Below, piece by piece: positions 60,042 through 64,000 of a stretch of 64,000 nucleotides of DNA (position 1 is its first letter; each line of letters starts with the position of its first letter). The stretch comes from an uncultured Gemmatimonadales bacterium (GTDB lineage Bacteria > Gemmatimonadota > Gemmatimonadetes > Longimicrobiales > RSA9): the NCBI GenBank assembly GCA_963741945.1, contig CAVUKA010000003.1, positions 224,001 through 288,000 of the forward strand, in the 5' to 3' direction. A program made the position numbers and the translations under genes. The notes under the pieces are model-generated. The model made no database searches, was not told where the DNA came from, and worked only from the letters and a program-made list of their open reading frames with translations.

Positions 60042-61154
60042 CTAGACGTTGAATCGGAAAAGCAGGACGTCGCCATCGGCCACGGTGTAATCCCGGCCTT
60101 CGCTGCGCATCAGCCCCTGCTCCCTCGCTGCCTTCTCCGAGCCCACCTCGACGAAATCGCTCCAACCGATGGTCTCCGCCCGGATGAAGCCGCGCTCGAA
60201 GTCGCTGTGAATCTCGCCCGCCGCCCCCGCGGCCCGCGTCCCTTCCCGGATCGTCCACGCCCGCACCTCCTTCGGTCCGGCCGTGAAGAAGCTGATCAGG
60301 CCCAGGAGCCGGTACCCCGCCCGGATCAGGCGATAGAGGCCCGGCTCGACCAGGCCGTGGGCGTCGAGGTACTCGTCGCGATCGGCGGGGTCGAGGGCGA
60401 GGACCTCGGCCTCCAGGGATGCGGCGAGGACGACCACCTCTCCCGGCTCGTGGTCGCGGGCGACGGCAGCCCGGAGCGAGCGCACGTAGGCGTTCTCCTC
60501 ACCGGCCGCCAGGTCGTGCTCGGTGACGTTCGCCACGTACAGCTCCGGCTTGGCGGTGAGGAGCTGAAGCGTGCGCAGGAGGCGCGCCTCCACGGGATCC
60601 TCCACCTGCACCAGGCGGGCGGGCTTCCCCTCCGACAGAAGTCCCTGCAGGCGACGAAGGAGGAGCTCCTCCTTCTTCGCGTGACGATCCCCGCTCCTGG
60701 CCACCTTCTCCACGCGCTCGAGCCTCCGCTCGACCGCCTGCAGGTCGGCGAGGGCCAGCTCAGTGTTGATGATCTCCCGGTCACGCACGGGATCGACGTC
60801 GCCCAGGACGTGGGTGACATCGGGGTGATCGAAGCAGCGGACCACATGGACGACGGCGTCCACTTCGCGGATGTTCGCCAGGAACTTGTTTCCCAGACCC
60901 TCGCCCTCCGAAGCGCCTTCCACGAGCCCGGCGATGTCCACGAACGTCACGGTGGCGGGCACGCGCGACTTCGGCTGGACCTTCTCCTCGAGCAGGTCGA
61001 GCCTCGGGTCCGGAACTTCGACCACGCCGACGTTCGGGTCGACAGTGCAGAACGGGTAGTTGGCCGCGTCGGCCCCCGCTTCCGTGAGCGCGTTGAACAG
61101 CGTGGACTTGCCCACGTTCGGCAGGCCCACGATTCCCAGTTTCAGATTCGGCAT
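60042..61154 (-). CDS. ychF: redox-regulated ATPase YchF
   Basis: [36 protein letters not shown]. Confidence 0.97.
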   Translation of the reverse strand: MPNLKLGIVGLPNVGKSTLFNALTEAGADAANYPFCTVDPNVGVVEVPDPRLDLLEEKVQPKSRVPATVTFVDIAGLVEGASEGEGLGNKFLANIREVDAVVHVVRCFDHPDVTHVLGDVDPVRDREIINTELALADLQAVERRLERVEKVARSGDRHAKKEELLLRRLQGLLSEGKPARLVQVEDPVEARLLRTLQLLTAKPELYVANVTEHDLAAGEENAYVRSLRAAVARDHEPGEVVVLAASLEAEVLALDPADRDEYLDAHGLVEPGLYRLIRAGYRLLGLISFFTAGPKEVRAWTIREGTRAAGAAGEIHSDFERGFIRAETIGWSDFVEVGSEKAAREQGLMRSEGRDYTVADGDVLLFRFNV

Positions 61155-61322
61155 TCCATTCCCGTTCGGGTCCTGCGACCGCGCGTGGCGCGGAGCTTCT
61201 CCTGTCGGCCGCCGGGGGGGCGGCGCGACCAGGCCGCGCACGGGCGGAGCCATTGCCCGCCCTGCGCGGCCGCCGATAATCTACCCGGAACGTTCACCAT
61301 TGTGCGCCGGAGCCCACCGCCC

Positions 61323-61841
61323 ATGTCCGCACCCGAGTTCCCGACCCTGCTGGAAGAAGCTCTCGAAGCCTGGGAGTATACCCGCGCCGGCGTGACCGCC
61401 GAAGCGGAAGCGATCCCCGCCGAGCAGTTCGGCTACCGACCCACCGAAGAGAGCCGGACGGTGGCGGAGATCGTCGTCCACATCATCGGCTCGGGCGAGA
61501 TGATGTCCGGCGAGCTGAGTGACCCGGAGGGTGACTTCACGCGCCGGTCCTACCCCGAGCACATCCGGGAGCACGCCGGCGAGCTTTCGCCCGACCAGTC
61601 CAAGGACGCGCTGGTCGCGCTGCTCCGCGACAGGGGCGAAGCGGGACGGGAGCGGCTCCGGGGCGTCGGCGAGCTGGCCATGCTCCAGGGGATCCGTCGC
61701 TTCGACGGCACCGTGGGCACGCGGCTGGCCTGGATGAACCACGGGATCGACCACGAGAGCTACCACCGCGGCCAGCTGGCGCTGTACGCCCGCATGATGG
61801 GGATCGTGCCCGCACTGACGCGGCGGATCCGGGGCGAGTAG
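61323..61841 (+). CDS. DinB/YfiT family protein
   Basis: RTVAEIVVHI, DHESYHRGQL..YARMMGIVP. Confidence 0.9.
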   Translation: MSAPEFPTLLEEALEAWEYTRAGVTAEAEAIPAEQFGYRPTEESRTVAEIVVHIIGSGEMMSGELSDPEGDFTRRSYPEHIREHAGELSPDQSKDALVALLRDRGEAGRERLRGVGELAMLQGIRRFDGTVGTRLAWMNHGIDHESYHRGQLALYARMMGIVPALTRRIRGE

Positions 61842-61866
61842 GGCGGGGCCCGCCACAGCATGGAAG

Positions 61867-61901
61867 CGAAGACGGCCCCGCACCGTGCGGGGCCGTCTTC
61901 G
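61867..61901. terminator. perfect 17-bp inverted repeat between convergent genes; likely terminator hairpin
   Basis: CGAAGACGGCCCCGCAC-C-GTGCGGGGCCGTCTTCG; no long U-tract on either side. Confidence 0.65.
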
Positions 61902-61921
61902 TGCGTCCGTGAACCGTCGGC

Positions 61922-64000
61922 TCAGCCGAAGATGCCGACGAGCAGGTGACGGGTGCTGTCCAGGAAGGACGTGACCGTCTCAGCCGGGACCAGGCCGTGG
62001 ACACGGGCGAACCACGGCGCGAGCACCAGGGATACCACGCTCATGAGCTTGATCAGGATGTTGAGCGAGGGGCCGGACGTGTCCTTGAACGGGTCGCCGA
62101 CGGTGTCACCGACCACGGCTGCCTTGTGCGGATCGGAACCCTTGCCGCCCAGCGCGCCCTTCTCGATGTACTTCTTGGCGTTGTCCCACGCCCCGCCGGC
62201 ATTGGCCATGAAGAGGGCCATGAGCACGCCCGTCACCGTGGCGCCAGCGAGCATGCCACCGAGGGCGAGCACGCTGAAGAAGCCGACCACCACCGGAGCG
62301 ATGACGGCCACGAGGCCCGGCAGGATCATCTCGCGCAGCGCGGCGCGCGTGGAGATGTCCACGCAGCGGGCGCTGTCGGGTTCCTGTGTGCCGTCCATGA
62401 TGCCCGGCATCTCGCGGAACTGTCGTCGCACCTCTTCCACCATGCCGCCCGCCGCGCGGCCCACGGCCGTCATGGTGAGAGCGCTGATGAAGAAGGGCAG
62501 CGTGCCGCCGATGAGCAGGCCGATGGTGACCTGCGGATCCAGGATATTGAGGCCGGTCCCGGCGCGCAGCCCGACGGCAGTGGTGTAGGCGCTGAAGAGT
62601 GCCAGCGCGGTCAGGGCCGCCGAACCTATGGCGAAGCCCTTGCCCATGGCCGCCGTGGTGTTGCCAATGGAGTCGAGACCATCGGTGATGGCCCGGACCT
62701 CGGGTCCGAGCCCGCTCATCTCGGAAATCCCACCGGCGTTGTCCGCGATGGGGCCGTACGCGTCCACCGACATCGTGACGCCCGTGGTGGCGAGCATGCC
62801 GACCGCGGAAATGCCGATGCCATAGAGGCCGGCGAAGTAGTAGGCCACGCCGATGGCCAGGGCGATCAGCAGCACGGGAACGACCGTGGACTCCATGCCG
62901 ACGGCCAGCCCGTTGATGATGTTCGTGGCCGCGCCCGTCTTGCTCGCCTCGGCGATGCGGCGGACCGGCCCTGCGGCGGTGTAGTACTCGGTGACGAGCC
63001 CGATCGCCACGCCCACCACGGTGCCCGCGACGATGGCCCAGAAGGGACCGGTGGCCGGGTACGCCTTGGCGGTGACCGGATCGAACACTTCGAAACCGAG
63101 CGCCTGCACGACGAAGTACATGCTGACCAGGAAGAGCGCCGCCGCCACCAGCATCACGTTGCGCAGGGCCGCGGCCGGATTCACGCGCTCGAATGCCTTG
63201 AGCATTGCGATGCCGATCAGCGATGCGACGAGGCCGATCATGACCGTGAGCAGCGGCAGCGCCACCGCTTCGGCCCGGTTGGCCGCGTAGAGCACGCTGG
63301 ACGCGCCGATCGCCATGGTGGCAATGATGCTGCCGACGTAGCTCTCGAAAATGTCGGCGCCCATGCCCGCCACGTCACCGACGTTGTCGCCCACGTTGTC
63401 GGCGATGGTGGCCGGATTGCGGGGATCGTCCTCGGGAATGCCCGCCTCCAGCTTTCCGACCAGGTCCGCACCGACGTCCGCGGCCTTGGTGTAGATGCCG
63501 CCGCCGACACGGGCGAAGAGTGCGATGGAGCTGGCGCCCATGGCGTAGCCGCTGATGATCTCCGCGAACGCGCGGAAATCGAAGTCGGTGATGGCGCCGG
63601 ACGCCTTCCACCAGTACCAGATTCCGATGCCAACCAGCCCGAGCGCGGCCACCGAAAGGCCCATGACCGAGCCACCGAAGAACGCGATCCTGAGCGCCTT
63701 CCCCTGACCCGACTCCTTCGCCGCCGCGGACGTGCGCACGTTGGCGCGCGTCGCCGCGTTCATGCCGAAGAAGCCGGCGAGCACCGAGCTCAGCGCGCCG
63801 GTCACGTACGCGCCGGCGGTGTACGCGCCAATGGCCCACCAGAGCAGCACTGCGACCACAATCACGAAAACCGCCAGAACCGTATACTCGCGGCGAAGGA
63901 ACGCCATCGCTCCTTCATGGATCCGCTCGCTCAGCGCCTGCATGAGCTCGGTTCCTGCCGATTGACTCTTGACGTAATAGAAAAGCCCGAGCGCCACTAA
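61922..64000 (-). CDS. hppA: membrane-bound K+-dependent (probably Na+-translocating) pyrophosphatase; 5' truncated by the window edge
   Basis: [34 protein letters not shown]. Confidence 0.95.
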   Translation of the reverse strand, partial: LVALGLFYYVKSQSAGTELMQALSERIHEGAMAFLRREYTVLAVFVIVVAVLLWWAIGAYTAGAYVTGALSSVLAGFFGMNAATRANVRTSAAAKESGQGKALRIAFFGGSVMGLSVAALGLVGIGIWYWWKASGAITDFDFRAFAEIISGYAMGASSIALFARVGGGIYTKAADVGADLVGKLEAGIPEDDPRNPATIADNVGDNVGDVAGMGADIFESYVGSIIATMAIGASSVLYAANRAEAVALPLLTVMIGLVASLIGIAMLKAFERVNPAAALRNVMLVAAALFLVSMYFVVQALGFEVFDPVTAKAYPATGPFWAIVAGTVVGVAIGLVTEYYTAAGPVRRIAEASKTGAATNIINGLAVGMESTVVPVLLIALAIGVAYYFAGLYGIGISAVGMLATTGVTMSVDAYGPIADNAGGISEMSGLGPEVRAITDGLDSIGNTTAAMGKGFAIGSAALTALALFSAYTTAVGLRAGTGLNILDPQVTIGLLIGGTLPFFISALTMTAVGRAAGGMVEEVRRQFREMPGIMDGTQEPDSARCVDISTRAALREMILPGLVAVIAPVVVGFFSVLALGGMLAGATVTGVLMALFMANAGGAWDNAKKYIEKGALGGKGSDPHKAAVVGDTVGDPFKDTSGPSLNILIKLMSVVSLVLAPWFARVHGLVPAETVTSFLDSTRHLLVGIFG

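Overview
High-GC (roughly 70%, by eye), gene-dense core chromosomal segment; gene content and order suggest Gemmatimonadota (inference). It holds the rplM-rpsI-rpsB-tsf-pyrH-frr-uppS-cdsA-dxr-rseP cluster, a short RpoD-like sigma factor, lepB, a larE-thpR-sigma54 regulator block, comM, two TolC/MFP/MacB-type exporter operons, degP, a very large orphan sensor kinase, bshB1, iscS-mnmA, grpE-dnaJ, dnaX-ybaB-recR-mglB-mglA, SRP RNA, aroF, smc, rpsF-rpsR-rplI, ychF and a membrane pyrophosphatase. I found no mobile element, CRISPR array, rRNA or complete tRNA. Most notable: (1) an SMC apparently missing the second half of its hinge, translationally coupled to a Walker-A-less MinD/BY-kinase-like domain fused to a TM helix and SPOR domains; (2) a stand-alone copy of the LarE C-terminal domain after larE; (3) sigma54-type promoters before degP and grpE-dnaJ, with an orphan kinase and an orphan enhancer-binding regulator nearby; (4) SigW-like ECF promoters before envelope genes; (5) single-base frameshifts in recR and dnaX; (6) S2 and S6:S18 leader RNAs and several apparently leaderless genes. 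All calls come from reading motifs by eye; no searches were run.
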